Source: an uncultured Chloroflexia bacterium (GTDB lineage: Bacteria; Chloroflexota; Dehalococcoidia; DSTF01; JACRBR01). From it: DNA of 64,000 bases. Within the stretch, counting starts at the first letter, position 1, and the number at the start of each line of letters is the position of its first letter. Both the position numbers and the translations under genes were made by a program. Location of the stretch: NCBI GenBank assembly GCA_963843685.1, contig CAWJLO010000009.1, positions 11,155 through 75,154 on the forward strand. The letters run 5' to 3'. This document shows positions 63,139-64,000 of the stretch, one piece after another. The notes beneath the pieces are model-generated. The model did no database searches, had not been told where the DNA came from, and saw only the letters and a list, made by a program, of their open reading frames with translations.

Positions 63139-63792
63139 ATGGCCGACGCCGAACTCGCGCGATTCATCGACCGGTTCACCATCGAGTACGTGCGCGTGTA
63201 CGCGCACCCGATCGACCGCGTGTGGCGCGCGATCACGGACCCCGCGGAGTTCCGCGTCTGGTTCATCGCCGGCACGCTCGACGCACAGACCGGCGGCGCC
63301 TACCGGTTCGGCGACGACCACTTCAGCGGCGTCGTGGTAGAGGCCGAGCCGCCGACGCTGATCCGCTTCGCGGGCCCAACGGACGAAGCGGGCTACTTCC
63401 TGTACGAGCTCTCCGAGGCCGAGGCCGGAACGCGGATGCGCTTCGTGCAGCACTTCCCGCCGGGCGGCGACTACAGCGAAACGCCCGACGACCTCGGAGG
63501 CGACCTGCCGGGCGGTCCCGGCACGCCGTGGAAGCCGGCCTTCGTCGGCGGCTGGGACGAGTTCTGGGACGCGCTCGGTGACTTCCTGGACGGCGTGCCG
63601 GTCGGTAGTCGCCTGCCCGACACCGAGTTCAGCACGCTGGCGACCGCCTGGACGAAGAAGATGGCGCGGATGGGCGCCTTCACGCCAAAGGCGGCGGAGC
63701 GCGCCGCCCTCAGCCTGCGACGGCACGAGCGCTGGAACGACCTGAACAAGATCTACCGGGAGCACATCAAGGCGACACTGCCGCCGGTCTAG
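63139..63792 (+). CDS. SRPBCC/AHSA1 domain protein
   Basis: HPIDRVWRAITDPAEFRVW, EPPTLIRF, GGWDEFWDAL; usual ArsR partner. Confidence 0.82.
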   Translation: MADAELARFIDRFTIEYVRVYAHPIDRVWRAITDPAEFRVWFIAGTLDAQTGGAYRFGDDHFSGVVVEAEPPTLIRFAGPTDEAGYFLYELSEAEAGTRMRFVQHFPPGGDYSETPDDLGGDLPGGPGTPWKPAFVGGWDEFWDALGDFLDGVPVGSRLPDTEFSTLATAWTKKMARMGAFTPKAAERAALSLRRHERWNDLNKIYREHIKATLPPV

Positions 63793-63829
63793 TGCACGTG
63801 CCCGCGCTGGCAAGCGCACGCTGGTTCGA

Positions 63830-64000
63830 TCACCGCTCCAGGTGACGTCGCAGCGCGGCGTTGAACAGATCCGGCCGCTCGTACTGCGGCGAGTGGCCGG
63901 CCTGCGGGATGATCTGGACGACGCAGCCCGGGATCAGCTCGCCCATCCGCTGGATGGCGCGCAGGAACGCCGCGTCCAGCTCGCCGCAGATCGCCAGCAC
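63830..64000 (-). CDS. Alpha/beta hydrolase C-terminus (5' end outside window)
   Basis: VLAICGELD...IIPQAGHSPQYERPDLFNAALRRHL-stop. Confidence 0.75.
   Translation of the reverse strand: MLAICGELDAAFLRAIQRMGELIPGCVVQIIPQAGHSPQYERPDLFNAALRRHLER

Overview
High-GC bacterial chromosomal segment with about 60 CDS, two tRNA-Ser genes and no integrase, transposase, CRISPR array or rRNA. The gene content (F420 genes cofE/npdG, DarA-type c-di-AMP receptor, alpha2-type GlyRS, CymR-like Rrf2, sortase-type anchor) suggests Chloroflexota (Dehalococcoidia-like), but that is inference only. At least 15 conserved genes have short indel frameshifts, typical of an unpolished long-read or MAG consensus, so several CDS below are joined across frames. 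The main feature is an ~10.7 kb minus-strand sulfur cluster (13251-24006). Its first part is sir-cysH(APS reductase type)-cysC-sat-Na/Pi-like transporter-[DUF5678-like/retropepsin pair]. Its second part is rrf2-cysK-[MoaD/ubiquitin-like::MoeB fusion]-cysO-VOC-cysM. The two promoters share a 24-bp motif (19/24 identical). The cluster looks like a sulfate-to-protein-thiocarboxylate cysteine pathway that lacks the usual Mec/JAB peptidase and rhodanese. Other points of interest: a 6S-like RNA candidate, a CDS whose ATG lies 1 nt after a tRNA CCA end, two diverged tandem duplications, an IPCT/DIPPS pair, and a membrane-anchored Mrr nuclease with Zn-finger neighbours.
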